A stretch of DNA of 64,000 bases, from assembly GCA_040954595.2 (NCBI GenBank), contig CM082576.2, positions 10,667,129 to 10,731,128 on the forward strand, in the 5' to 3' direction. A program made the translations under genes and the position numbers. Positions 10,685 to 25,600 of this stretch are shown piece after piece (the stretch's first letter is position 1; each line of letters opens with the position of its first letter). The notes below the pieces were generated by a model. That model saw only the letters and a list, made by a program, of their open reading frames with translations. It was not told the origin of the DNA and did not search any database. The DNA comes from Balanoglossus misakiensis. Taxonomy: Eukaryota > Animalia > Hemichordata.

Positions 10685-13600
10685 CTGATGGATAAAAAAA
10701 AGAGAACAGTGTCAAATTTCTGAAGAAAAGAACAAGACCCTCATCTTTTAGTGATTTTTATCTATATATTAAATGCAAGGCAAATGCTAGATGAGACTCC
10801 AGTATCACCAATGCTAAACACAACATTCTAATGCAAACAGTTTCATGAATTTATAATATTCAAAATTATTCATGTTGTCCGTAGTGTTTTTTTCTGGCGT
10901 TTAACTTTCATCAAAACAGTCTAATGATATTGGACATCACTGCACTGCACTGTCTGCTGAAATAATTGCAAGTGACTAAAAATAAACAGGTGTTCTGAAC
11001 AGATCAATGCTTTTTTTCCTTCACTCTCTGTGCCAAGGCAATACGGTCTGTAAGGCCCGCATGGAATGAGCAGTATTATTATTGCAATGGCTGACTGCAC
11101 TCACACCTGTTGACAATACATTCAAACACTGTTGGATAATTGTGTATTTATTTTCACATCCCTGGAGTAACGGGCCACCGGGCAAGTCTGTCAGGTGGGA
11201 CTCACACACAGGCGTTTCACTCAACTATGTTAAGTGTACCAACCCAACCGGCATTCAAAATATTGAAACTATGCATGGCTGTGAAAGCCACCTGTGCAGG
11301 TACAAAGGTCCCGCACCAATTTACTCTTCATGTTCTTTGCTTGTACTGAGAAACGATCTCCTGCAAAGTTCAAAGGCCGGTCTTTTGATTTTTAAACACC
11401 TTTACCTCAATTATCCAAGTACATGTACTACACTAAAGTTACATCACTGGAGATAATTTACACTGGGTAATGTATAAACTGGGGATGCAAAGGTCTGATG
11501 TGTATTGCCTAACATCTAGGTGAAGAATTTGTCAGGTCATTGACATCATCACGTAGATCGACTTTGTGGAATTTAAAGTGATATCATTCAGTTGTTTTTG
11601 GCCAAATCCAAAAAACACATCACTATGAAAGTACACGTAAAGTATCAGTCATTTCTTCATGGAATGGACAAAGACTATTTGAAATCAGCTGTGAGGAGGA
11701 TTTCTTCCAATATGGAAGTGATTACCATGCAGCAAAGTGGCATCAACTGCATAATCGGTCACAGTAACAATGTACAATGTATCATTATTAGGACAGTATA
11801 TTAAGTTAATCAAATATCATAGCACATAAAATCGAGAGAAATTTTTTTTGCGAAAACCTAGGTGTATCAATCACTCTATCTGGGGATTGCAACAACAGTA
11901 TACGACTCATACTACTGGTATTGTCTATATTACGTGCACAGAACATTCCGCAAACTGGCAAGGAGTCAAACCCTTACCCTAAATCAAATCTATTTTTAAA
12001 TCAGGACAGAGTGACTGAGTCTAAACCAAATATTTGTATCACTTCTTATCCCTGTGTTGAGTGATGTCTCGGGTTGGACAAAGAACCAGGGCTGCTTATT
12101 TCCAGAAAAGTTGAACAAAGTACATTTTGATATATCTTACTCACAGTTACCGCCAGCTACTGTTTTGTTTGCTTTAACGTCTTTATTATGTTCATCGTAT
12201 TTATACAAAATAAACAGAAGTCAGGGAATAATTTGTAAGTGTTCTTTTTCAAGAGAAGCTAAACGGTCGGTGTTATTTGCGAACGCCGATGTTTGGACCA
12301 CGGAGAACATTTACTGCACTTTTGTAACAGACAGTTGGCAAGAGGCAAAAATTTGCAAAAACAAAATGTGGACCACACACTCAGACGATATGCAGGGTTC
12401 TCCTTGGGCAAACATTACATCATACTGAGCAAACCACACATAAACTGCAATGTTGACTTTTTTTTCCCTTCGGAGAATTGTCTAGCTCTACACTTTTCTG
12501 TCTCATTTAGTGTGTGGTCAGTGGACTGACAAATTGAACCCACCTGTACAGGTATAAAGTGTATTTCCGGCACACAGCTGAATCGTTCCTCGGGACGCGA
12601 GTCCTGCAGACAACCCATGGCCGGATCAAACCGGGCACCGTCCAGGTACAAACCAAACACCAACACACCTTCTGCTGGAGGCGGTGGACCCTGCAGAAAC
12701 AAAAAAATGTAGGCGGTCGGTCAGTTAGGGTACTACCAACACAAAGATTTGCACCAAGCATTTATTTGAATCAAATAAAAATGATCATTGTTCTTTCAAT
12801 GGATATAACCTGTGAGGTTGATCATTTTTTCTCGGTCTTTATGTCATATATCGAAAGAAGTTTTTTCTTCAAGCGAACTCCTACTTTGACACTACCCTAC
12901 ATCAGTGCAGCTTGTATATGCATGCACATCCAGCATTATTGCTATCAACTTATTTAGAGTACGGACTCTAGAGTCAAGAAAACCAATTTTAAGATACACT
13001 TGCTGGTCCCTTCAATCATAGTCTATGCTTCAATATTACAAAATTTTAAAAGGAAGTTTAAATTTTTAATGCCATATTTGAAAAAAAGTTTTATTTCAAT
13101 AACCTGAAACTGTCACAAACTATGACTTCAACCTGGCCCAATAAAGATAAATTCACTGTTTCATTATCTACACCTCTTCTCTAATCCATAGTTATAGTTA
13201 TAGGAATGGCCTTTGGCCTTTTAATGTACCTGCGGGGAGGCCCCCTGGCATAACCCCGGCCCTCGTCTCCAACTCTGAACTTTCAAAATATAAACAAACT
13301 CAACACACGTCCACTTGATAAAATGTCTGAGGCTACTACATCTGATTGGGTTTCAATCAAAGGTCACCAGTTTGAACCCCGCGGGTTGTTTTAAGTGGGA
13401 AGCATTCACGTATGAGCCAGTCACTGAATCCAAATAGTTTGTTTATTTCTCAAAAACACGGCAGTCACTGCGGCTGAATTTGTGCGTCGCTGCACGTGTG
13501 GAGATAATGGACCATCACAACAAATCTTTGCCTCGTGAACTCTTTATAGTGAAATCGATTTCCGCAAATATTGAAACTGACATTGGTTTGATTTTAGATG

Positions 13601-16600
13601 TACACAACATGTATATGTCTGTTAATCTGGTGCAAGTTCTCTCAGAAAACAAACCGATGCAAAACGCAGCTGGTCGATTTTACGTTCTTGAGTGTTGGAA
13701 AAAACGCTTACTTTGAAGGCAACTTCTTTGATGTTGATCTTCTGTTTGACGTCTGCCAGAGTCTCGTCCGCATCGACGGCAGGGGGCATGACCTTGAAGT
13801 CAAAGGTCAGGGAGTCAACGGACAGCCCTTCTTTGCGGGCGTGGTTCTGGAGCACGGCCATGGTGAAACCTGTAAGAGAGAATAAAGATGGTTGGAGACA
13901 GACGTGATGATGGGGATGAACTGTGATTCCATAAAACTGTGGAAATGAAAGATACATGGGCATAAAATCAAAGTTTGGTTGAGAAATTGTTTGATTGTTT
14001 ATCTTTCTACAGACAATTTGACGGTTTATGGTCAGTCAATCCAAGTAGGTTTCATCTCTTATGACCGTGTTAACATTTTGGCATGCAGAAGTGCATATAC
14101 AATTCAAAGATATGGATAAACCTGCCTATGATGTAATACTGTTACTCTCATGTGATGAATTATAGTGTGAGTGTATCAGGATAGGATTTACTATAAAATC
14201 ACTTTATGAAAAGCTTTATGCAGTGCAGTATATGTTACATTGTACACATGTAACCATGCTTTATGAGAAGAAATCATTATTCAGTTAAATTGACTGGGAA
14301 AATCCACTTTTAAGGGACACATTATCTGGGGTAGACCCTGAGAAAAAAGTATGGGGAGACACCATCCCCTAAATAGCGGAAAAGTGATTTTTTATGGTAT
14401 GTGCATGCCTGATCAACAGTCAAAAGTCTCTGAGCTGAGATTTGAACACACAAGAATTGACTTAAACATCACACTGAGATTTGTAATGACTAACACATGC
14501 ATTGACAGCACTTGAGGTGAAAGAAATAATGCAGAGTGTTATCTCATTTTTTTCCCCTGAGAGTGGCCTTGTCTGTATCTGAGACACAAACACCAGGCAT
14601 AGTTACTCTATCTAACGGCAAGTCCAAAAATACATGGAGTGCTGACATGACCACCGAGTCATGTTGTCTCTACGTGGATCTGTTGCCAGGGAAACAATCT
14701 CACACGTCCAAGAGAGATTTTTCCATCAAGTACTTCAACACTTGTCCCAGTCCCAATATACGCATGAGTTGGCAGATTATTACTGGCATTCTGGGAAACT
14801 GAGGTGTGGCCACATAGTTTTGTTGCCATGTAAACGGGATTTAAAAACATGGAAGTGTAATTTATTCTGTCAACATTGAGTCAAATTTGTGAGAAACTTG
14901 TTTGCTCTTTGTAATATTCTGTCACTGGGAGATGGATGACTTCTTCATGCACAAACGAAGCGACGTGGCATGACTAATAATTTGACATGGGAGTATGGAC
15001 TTCAGAACTGAATCAGCCACAAAAAATGATGACTTCTGAACAGAAATTCTGAATTTCTCCTTAAATACTACAGATATCCAGTACAACTTTAATATAATAT
15101 GTGTTCATTTTCTTTTCTTTTTTCTCTTCCTTTTTTATTGGGGGGGGGGGAACATTATCTCAAACTTTCTCACTGCTTTAACACTCAAACAACCATGGTT
15201 TACCACTATCTCTACACCTTTTTAATATGCAGGGAAAGTGCAGAGATAGATTTTTCCACTGAGAAAAAACCTGGAATAGCAACTACGTGGAAAACACCAC
15301 ATCTAGTCATCAATGCACCACACACATACCTTGTGGGAAGAAGAAGGAGGCCAGCCAGAAACTCCTTGGCTGTTCCCGGATGCTATCCAAGTCCTCCAGT
15401 TCGGGAAGAGTCTGGCCCTGGGCTGCTGCCGCCTTCTCCTTGACTCGTCTCTCCTCTGCCGCCGCTATCTGATCCGACCACTTACTCATGAAGTCTACTC
15501 TCTGCTGCAAATCTGCCACCCAGGAACCAAGGGGTTTGCAAGATTCATAGGCAGCTAGCTGCACACAAAAAAAACATGGGAAAAACAGAGAGATTGCAGA
15601 TTATCATTATGTCCTTGGTGGGAGTGTTATTTGTGTCTACATATCAACACCAAGTCATGAGAAAGGAGTGTTTTCAACTGCCCTGATTGTCAACAGATGT
15701 TTACAAGTGCCAATAACAGTACACTGTGCACGACAGTATTTTACATTTTCACATACATTCCAGTGATATGTTTGACTTTTGGAGGAATACCCATAAAGAC
15801 GCATAATTTTCAAAACAAATTTACAAAAATAACAAAATTTCCACCAAAAATGACTCCAGTTATGTAAATTTTTACAGCCAAAGTCAAATATTTGTACTTT
15901 GTCAGCTTTTTGCAGACTATTCACGGTTCACCTGATCTCTTTGACTAAGACAAGGCCAGTGTACATGTAACTGTTGAGCTGAGGAAGGTCAATGACCACG
16001 ACTCACCTGCCAAGTTTTGGGCACTCTTTGGTTCAATATAGCATTGTACATCTCCTCAAGAGATTCGGACATCACCAGTTCACCTTTGACCGCCAAGGTC
16101 AGGAATTTGACCGAGGAGTGAATGACCCCGAGCAGTCTGTTGAACCTGTCTATTTCCTGTCGGAGGACGGTCACCAGCGCTGAGGGTGGTTTCTCCTCAG
16201 GTTTTGTCTCTTCCGTCTCCTCTTCCTCGGTAGCTGCTGGAATGAAATGATGTCCAACATTTTTGGTTTAGAAAGGGTTTATTCCACATTCCTTTTGAAC
16301 TATTAAAACATGCTAAATTGTCCCACTTCTCACTTAGGATTAGCCGTTGCTGAGAAAAGGGATCAAAAACACCAAGAAGAGAATATCATCACGACCAGAG
16401 CTGAATAGTCTCAATACCTCAAAGCAACACACCGTGCATGACCTCTACCCTTTAACCCTTGACCTCACCCACCTTTCTCTTCCTCTTTCTTCTTGTTCCC
16501 GCCCGTTCCGAATCCCCCACCGCCGTAATTCATGAACACTGATATCTTCTGCGCTTTATGACTCTCCATGGCTTTCCTCTGAGCGCCCGCCTCTTGGTCC

Positions 16601-19600
16601 TCTTCCTCCTCCACTGTCTCCGGCAACTGGCGCTGAATCTCGCTGGCCATCTCCAGGACGATGTCATCGTTACTCTTGCCGGTCCTGCAAGATTCGAGAA
16701 ATGCAAATTTGTACAGATTTGGAATTGTTGTGAAACATTACTTGACTGACCATGTTTATGAATGACAAATACTTTGCCAGTTGGTGAATTTGATACAGCA
16801 TTTTAACTGACCCATTGCACCCCTTTTCTTACAGATGGTTTATCCCACTCCACTAGAAACAGCAAGATTAGACCCATCCAAAATATAGATGTCCGTGACC
16901 ATAGCTGTGATAACAAAGCACAATGGCATCTCAAACCCAAAATTTATTGATTACAAAACTCTGATGCTGTTACTGAAAGCTGATTTTCAGATTTTTGTAA
17001 AATTATCAATTTTTTGTGGGATACCAAACTTTGCCACATGATGGTGTCCTAAACATTTTATCACTTATCAAACCCAGCCAAATGATAACAGATCTAAACC
17101 AAGATTCTTCTCTGCACCACACTGGTCTGACTTTTCATCCACTGAGACATGATGACACTAACCCCATCTGTGTGGTGAGCCTGGGTTGTACAATCATTAG
17201 AGTGTCGATCAGTTCTTTGGCCTGACTCTCCCTGTAGGCCTTCTCTGCATTGTCGTCCATTCCGAAGATATCCGGGGAATCAGAGTCCGGCAGACCTTCC
17301 ACGTACAGACGTACGTCATCAATAGTGAATGTCTCTGGCAAGGGGTGGTACACCTGTGTGGGAGGCAACAAAATGATTTTGTCAGGAATAAATTACTCAT
17401 GGAATTGTTACTGCTATAGTGCTATCTACTTGTATAAGCTACAGATATCTGAGAACAGACACATTACAAACAGTTTTCAAGTTATATTTTTTGCTCTGTA
17501 TTGGCATAGTTACAACTTTGCAAAACACAGCAGATGTATGAAAATATCTGTGCTGCATTCTACTTAACAACCATATTTTGGAGAGCACCCCAAAATGTTA
17601 TTTGCACACTCAAATGTACAAATAAAATTCTTACAATATAACAAAGAATTTCATGATATGTATTTAAAATCTGCAATGAAAATCACTGATTTATAAAATG
17701 AAAAACACAACCAATTTAGTACACAGGGGACACCAATCTCACCTTATTGGCAGAGTAAGTATATTCTGGATCCAGGGCCTTGTCGGTGTAGAATTTACCC
17801 ATGATGCTGAGCAACAATCTCCTGTCCCAGGCATCAGTGACTCGACCGCCGTAGGCCACTTCACCTGTCAGGTAGCGTAGCGCTTCCCAGGGTACCTCTG
17901 GGTTCTCAACCAACATCATCTTCAGCATCTCCACTGACACCTACGAAAAACATCGTGGGTGTGGTCAGTTGGGGTGTAGTCGTGGCAACAAATAAAAGTG
18001 GTGTTGGACACCAAGCAAACTGTTAGTCTCTTCTGTGTGTATGTGTGTGTAGTTTGCAAGTACATGTATCTACACTGAAGCCTATTACCACTCTTCTTGA
18101 TTTTATTCCATACAACAGTACTGAATTCAGCTCCAAAAACATAAACTGGCTATTGCCCTATAGAGTGTACACACCTCCAAATCCGACATTGTGAATTCGT
18201 ACGGTATGTTCCACCCAAGTCTTCCAAATTTCTTTCTTTCTGTGATGATGGCATTGAAGAAATACAGCCCGAATAGCAGATTCTTCCATGCTGGTCCTGG
18301 TTCCTTGTCCTCCCATGCTTCTAAGGATCTGCGACTGGTCACAGCTAGGTGAAGGTTGGATTTCAGACCCTTGGGTGGTTCAACAGTCATCTGAATGGTG
18401 GAAATGGGAAAGTAATGAGTTAACTTCGTGTGCAGAAACCTTATGTGTCTTTGCTTGTGCTCCTTCCTCCCCCTCTGCTATCCCCCCTCCCATCCCCTCT
18501 CTCTCTCTCTCTCTCTCTCCAGATATACTGTTCAAGTTTTTACATACCTTGAATCCTGACTGTAAAATGGAGACCGGAAAACACGGATCTGGTTTGGAGC
18601 TTAGCCAGAGTCTGAACTGAGGATCCAAGTCATAGTTGGGTTTGGAGAAACTGCAGGGGGAAAAAGCACTTTTAGTTGTAACAACAGGTAAAATTTATCA
18701 AATTTTGCCAGAAATCTTCTCCACATTGAAGTGCTGATTATAAGATGTGATCCTCATTGACAAACTCTGCTTCATTACCTGTCTACTATGGCTTGCAACC
18801 TGGGCATGAACGACGCAGCCAAGTGACAATTCTGAAGGAAAACCCATCTGCCTTTCAGTATCTGAGCCTTGGAGATGAGTTCTTCAGCCTTGGGTCCCTG
18901 TCCTCTGCCCAGGGAGATCATGTCAACGTGTAGTGTACTTCCCCTTGTCTCTTTGGCAAATCTCATCAGATCTGCTGTGGGATCAACACCTGTTACAAAA
19001 AAAAACAAATTATCAGTATCAATGCAGCTGATTAATATCTTCATGTAAATCAGCATTTAAACTCCAATTTGTAATCAGTATCTGAGTCTTGATGTCAGTC
19101 TGAATCTGAATCTAAACACTCATATAATTAAAATACAACAATGTCAGCCAATAATATACCTGGTGACAGTAGGAAAATCAGTGGGTGTTTAGCACTGGAT
19201 TCAGCGAAGATCTCCTTCAGATCAAAGCTGCCAGACGACAAGAACTTGGCTCCCATCTGCTCTTCTACAAACTGTCTCACAGCCGAAGTCAGCTGTTCTG
19301 GTCTCAGGATCTTGATCAGCAAGACCCTCTGGAAGGGTCCCAGGTTCTCCCATTTGAAGGTGCCGATTTTGCCAGACTCGGACGATGTCTCTGCTGAAAT
19401 GACAAAGAGGGTACATGGTCATGAAATTATCTTTCAGCAGTATTTATTTGGCCACAGTGAAACTGAATTGTGAAAATATAACATGAGCATGCCACAGCTA
19501 TCACAAGTTTTTAACAGTCAACTGTTTTCATTCTGACGCAGAGTTGATACAGAGAATGCTATTTTGGGAGGTAAACATTAAATATCGTTTGACATGATTT

Positions 19601-22600
19601 GACTGGGGCGACATGGGCTAAGTTTACAGTTCACATAACAAATTAAATTAACAAGGGCAACAGAGATTTCAAATCATTCCAAGAGTCAGACTTTTGGGAG
19701 ATGAATTGTCACACTACCATACCTTTCTCTTTCTGCTCATCCGCAGGTTCATATTTAGCGCTCAGCGTCTGGTACGCATTCTCCGACTTCACAAAGGTCT
19801 TCCACTGTTCCTTGTTCTGCAGTATGTACATGCAGAGTCCCTTCAGCGATTCCACGGCGGCCGACAGATACTGGCACTGCTTCCAGGCCGATTCCGGAAT
19901 CCACTTGGGAGGCGTGGATTTCACGGAGACACCGCTGGCCGTGGTGCGGATGGAGGAGGCTGACGACTTTCTGGAGCTGGATGCGCTGCTGACGCCGACT
20001 GAAGCTTCCAGTCTCTGCATTGCAGTCAGGCCTGGCGATTACAAAATGGTTGCATTGAATTACAGTACTTAGAATTTTGGGCCAACTTCGATGGCTATGC
20101 ACTCTTTCATCTTATTGTCATGATGCTACTTCGATACTTTGGCACACTAATTGATCAATACCTGGTAAAAAAACATCTTACAATCTTCCTATTCCAACAT
20201 TTAAAAGCAATTTTAGTCAATCATTTATGAAACTATTTTTCGGCTTACTGAAATTACTTTATAGGAAAATTCCAGCTACATTACCTTACTCACAAAATTA
20301 GCCACATCTTTGCTTCCAAATTGGTAATTTCCGTGCTCCCGCACATTTCATCACTAACTTCAAATTTCTCATAACCAATATTACGATGAATTTTATCACG
20401 ATATAAAAATGAACATTGGGGACTTCAACAGAAAGCAAAGCACACTGAAATTCTTACCGTCATGTTTGGCCTCTGTTTCTGTGTCCATCATGCTAGCGAA
20501 TACATGTCCCTGTAGGAAGGCCTGCCACTCGGTCTCTGTGATGACGCCCAGCCGACTGGTTTGGTTGCCCGTGTTGCTGTTCGACCTCATGATGCTGGAA
20601 CACATCATGAAGGAGAAGGCCAACTGGTGGGTGGCAAAGAGGCCCTTGGATACCACCCTGCAAAGAGAGCATGATGTAATCTCAGTCAACGAGCAGTCTG
20701 AGTTGGAGCAAGGCTTGGTTTATAGGTTAGCTTGTAAAAAGTTTTACTTCTTGTTTTAAGAATTGCCTTTTCCAACAGTACTCTGTTATGGGAAATACAC
20801 TGACATCTCTCTGGAATCACCGAAGACAAGGGAATTTCACCTTCTTCACTAACATGCTTATCTATAATATTTATCTATCCATATTTACTCACTACGAGAG
20901 AATTTTCTGCTTTTACAATATGTACCTTTATTATTTGGGTAAATAAAACATTACCTTCTTGATTCATGGCATTTGAAGATGAGAATTCCACTTACTTGTA
21001 AATGCTCTCTGTCAGATTATTGATCATCTTCTCCAGGTGGGTGTGGAAGTCCTTCCCGGACTGCGGCCGAGTGATCGACGCCGTCGATGCCGGGGTGGAA
21101 CTCCTGCGGCCGCTGTCCGGACTGTTCCTGCTCGGCGGGCGGATCCGTCCGCTCATCCGGCGGCTGGACGACGGCCGGGTGCTGGGCATCGGCGAGGTCA
21201 CGTCGATGCAGGTGCTGAACATCCCTTGGAACCACGGCAATGAGAACTGATACATGACGTCGATGTAGGCCAGGTCGGCCAGGACGAAGTACAGCACTGC
21301 TCCTCTGGTAGCGACCTGTGTGACAGGAAATTAAAGTTGGTGTTAATTTCAGATATTGGTGTGCACATATTACAGTGACAGTGACGTGATTTTTGGCATC
21401 CTTATGATATGCTAAGAACTGAAACAATAATCATACTGAATTCTAATTTGTCGTGTAAAAACACATTCCTGGGATTGTCTATGTATCATTAGTACAACCT
21501 ACTCTTTCCAACCAAGTTGTTGTGTTTCCTGAAGTGGAGTTATAATACTCACGGGCAGGTATTTCTGTCTGGCCACTTCGATTTTCTTCTGCGTTTCTTC
21601 AGACTCCACCACACGTTTCAAGATTTCTTCCGACATCTTTTTACTGGTCTGCAGGGTCTCCACCAAATCTTGGTCATCGAGAATATGACCTGGTACAAAA
21701 AAGAGGAGATTTTATCAATCTCGTGATCACAAAACATAGAAAGTGAATGTCTATGTTTCTACTGACATAAATGAGAGGAACATGCTGATTAAAATCTGTT
21801 ACAAAACTTGATTTGTGATAGTTTCTTGTGAATCGGGGTGTGAAAATGCTAGTTACCTTCTGATTTTTGCAGTAGACTCAAAGATTTGTCTTCTAACTCT
21901 CTGAGCTGCGTCACATCTCTTGCGATGCTCTCCAAGAGTTCACTGCGCTGTTGTTCCAGAGCTGGTCTCTCCTGCAATGCAATATTAACCAAGTGAGACA
22001 CGCAAAATACATTTATCCATTCTGTCACTTATTCAATTGTACACGGCACGCTCAATTTTGTACTCTTTCTTCTGAAAACACCTTAAGCACTGAAATTTGC
22101 TGATACACTTTTCGACCCAATAAACACAGATCAAGACCACAACCACTATTAACACATGGAAATCCTTTTACCTGTTTGACCACAAACGAAAGCAGCTGAT
22201 CTTGAAGGCCTTCGAAAGTGACGGTGAAATTGATGATTGTGACTTGGATGCACACCGCAGGAAGATAGTGGGGGTTGGGCATGTTGGATGTCATGTACAA
22301 CCTGTTAAGTAGAAATATATGTATGGTGTCAAATAAAATAAATGCACATGTAAATTAGTATGGAAGTGTGCATATTGTATAATTCAACTTACTTGAAGTT
22401 TTCATTGTATTCAATCTCTGTGTCGCCAACCTTGATGACGTCTTGACCGCCTCTGTGGATGAGCTCTTTGGTGAGTATAGGTTTGAGTGCAGGGTCTAGA
22501 TTCTCCGTCACGTTCTGCAGCAATACAGGTTCGCCCACTCGGATTGCCCTCTCCATGGTCCTCATGTAGTTGGGATCATCTGCCTGAACGACTTTCAAGT

Positions 22601-25600
22601 TGTCTCCTTCCATTTCTGTGATCCAGCTGTGAGGAGAAGTGGAATTTAAAAGCAATCAGAGAACGTGGCTGTGGATTGGTGCTGTAAGAAGCCTACACAA
22701 AATATTGCTGCATTTAAGATCACTACTATGGAAATGAATTACATACCCATCATGAATTTGTTGTGTGTCACAGAATATACGGGATATCTGAGATTTAACT
22801 TTGGCCCACTAAGTCTTAATTTGCATGTTTTTCCCTTCATTGTGGAGTTCAAGGTTTTCGTCCCACCAACAACATCCAAGCAAAAATCGTATGATTATCT
22901 GCACCTTAATAAGCTATAAAGTCTCTTGACTGAATGAAGAGAACTTACTTGACCGCTTGTCCCTGCGGATCGATCATCAAAGGCCAGTGATGACCTTTCT
23001 TGACAAACACTGCGTTCTCTGTAGAGTGGTTGTCCTGTGGTAAGCCTTCACTCTGCCACTTGCGAACCTGACAAGAAATGGCGAATCAAGAAAATGATGT
23101 CTAAAACATTCAGAGAAGAAATCTACATATTCATAAGAAATCTACATATTCATAAAAAATTATATATTCATGACTTAACATGATGTTCATAGCAATAAAT
23201 CACGACAGAACATTAACATGTAGAATAGCATAACATAGACTTACAGTGTTCGGGTCCACCATTGCTTTGATGATAGTGTACCCCTCAGACACAGGTATTC
23301 GACTGAGGTGACACCACTCAACCCATCGGGCCACCATGTCACGTCTGTAGGGGGCGGTGAACGGTCCAAGATACGCGATGCTGCCGGCTGACACCAACGT
23401 GTCTCCTACAATACCTTCTAACTTGCCTTCCAGTTCCTCCATGGAGTCTGCCCAACGGATCTAACGGTAAAGAAATGATTGTAAATGACAATGATTGAAC
23501 TGATAATTTTGAAAATGAAATTTTCTGCTCAGAGTGGAAGGTTCTTCATTGTCCGATAACTTCACACTACAGTTGTTTCATAAAGGTATATTTATGTGTA
23601 AATGTACACACAGCACTGAATCTTTTCATCTGAAAAATGTGGATTGCAGATATCGTCAGAGAACAGGCCATGCACACATGTGATTCAATGACCAGGTCGT
23701 GTGTCTGTACATACAAAACTCACCTTTTCATCAGCCAGGGCAGTGATCAGAATGGAAGCTCTTTTCAATCTCAGTGTCGTCAACACTTTCCTCTCTCGGA
23801 GTGCTTCCCTCTGTGCCACGCTGTCGTTGTACTGTTTTTGCAACACAGTCAGATGTTCCTGGATCTGAAACAGAAAAATAATAATATCATGATACAATCA
23901 CTGGGAACAGTTTCTTTCATGAATTAGGAGTTTAAGTTCCAGTCCTGGTACAAGTACTAGTAGGTGGTAGGAAGTACATGGAGTAAGTAATGTAAGTACA
24001 AGTTTGTTCGTTCTGGATGACAGGCGCATGTCTTCCATAATGCATTTCTCTTTCTTACCTTGGCGAGACTTGCTTGCTTTTCTTGTAGATTCTCCTGCGC
24101 CATCTTCAAGGCTTCCTTGGCCTCGTCTACTGTTCTCTGTTTTGGTTTCACCATCTGGCAGAGGAAAGAATCAAAACTTGATGCTCACATTTATTTAGGT
24201 TTTTAACTGCAACAATTTAATTAATTACAGTCTCATGGCAAATAAATTACTGTTATTTCAACTCCTACTGCAATATTGTTTTTAAGCCTCAGTTGCGATG
24301 GAAAGTCAAGATCTAGCAAATCACAAATTTCATAGGGTGCAGCACCACATGGACATCTGAAGACTTATACCCGCCTTTTTTAACCGGCATATGTAAATTA
24401 GAGGTGGGTGTATACACTGTAATATAAGGCACACATAGTATTTCTTACCTTATAGACACTATTGTAATGTTCCAATGCCAGAACCCATTGACACATTGAT
24501 TTGCAGGCACCAGACACATTGCCTACTTTCTCTGGTACGAAATCAGGCATTCTGGTCAGTTTCTTCAGTTTGACAAACACCTGTAATCAAAGTTTAGAAT
24601 TCCAAGTGCCAATTCGGTTTTACAGTTGCAAAATTACTCTTGAGAAAATTCTCTTAACTTCTCTTAAAAATAGTACAAAAATCCTCATTTTTGAAATTCT
24701 CACCTTATCAGGGACACTGTTCTTGTCGAAGGTGACGAGCCTCTTGAGAAATCCCGGATCACCCAGCACCTGTTTAGCAGTCTGCCAGTCGGGCTTGTGC
24801 TGCAGTAAGATACAGACAGCACCCATGACGTGCATCACCAGGTCCGGAGGTTTGGTGTACACTCGGATCTCGGAGATATCAGATTTGTCCAGGGCATCCA
24901 GAGAAGCTATGGCCTCTTGCAATGCAGGGATGACGGAGTTCAGATCTTGCTGGGCTTCCTGTAGATCAAAGTGGCGTAAAAATATGTATGCCCAGTTCAC
25001 ATCCTTTCTAACATTATTTTTTTTTAAATCAAGAACTTTGAAAATAACAAAGCGGCTGCCTGAAAGAATGTTTTTTTTGTGTGTGAAATGTGATATTTTC
25101 TTCTTTTCACCACTTTCATTTTAAACAAGCCAAACTCAGTAGTGTGTTATATATAAAATACTACCGGTATTAATAATATTTTACGATAGAATGACAACAC
25201 TACTTGCTAAGATGTGTTGGCAAACAACAACAACATACAAAACAATAGACAGACAAAACATTTGAGTGTGGGGGACTCACATCTGCATATTCCTGCACAA
25301 TCTGAGCCTCTCTTTTCATCACCGCTTCTTCTTGCTCGACTATCTGTCTGACTTCATCCACAGCTTCCTGGTCCTTGGACAGCTGGGCGAGCAGTAACTC
25401 AGTATCCTATGGTACGAACAGTGTAATGTAATGTGATGAAAGGGAAGCACACATTTAGTCACGCAAACTTAGGTGTATGCACCCACACAGCTGCACATAA
25501 TACACACATGCACAATCAACTCATTTGTGTAATGTACCGGTACTATAAATAATGCTGCATGCTATACTCACCCTTGCTTTCTCTTCAATCTTTGGACCCA

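Noticed and set aside
10311-12702. Dynein truncated or pseudogenised at its 3' end
   Set aside because: The terminal exon 10684-10409 is intact in a frame the ORF track did not list; all exon phases join without stops.
14659-14850. Extra dynein exon in the 1.46-kb intron
   Set aside because: In the required phase 1 the acceptor near 14790 reads into TAA within three codons, and there is no dynein similarity.
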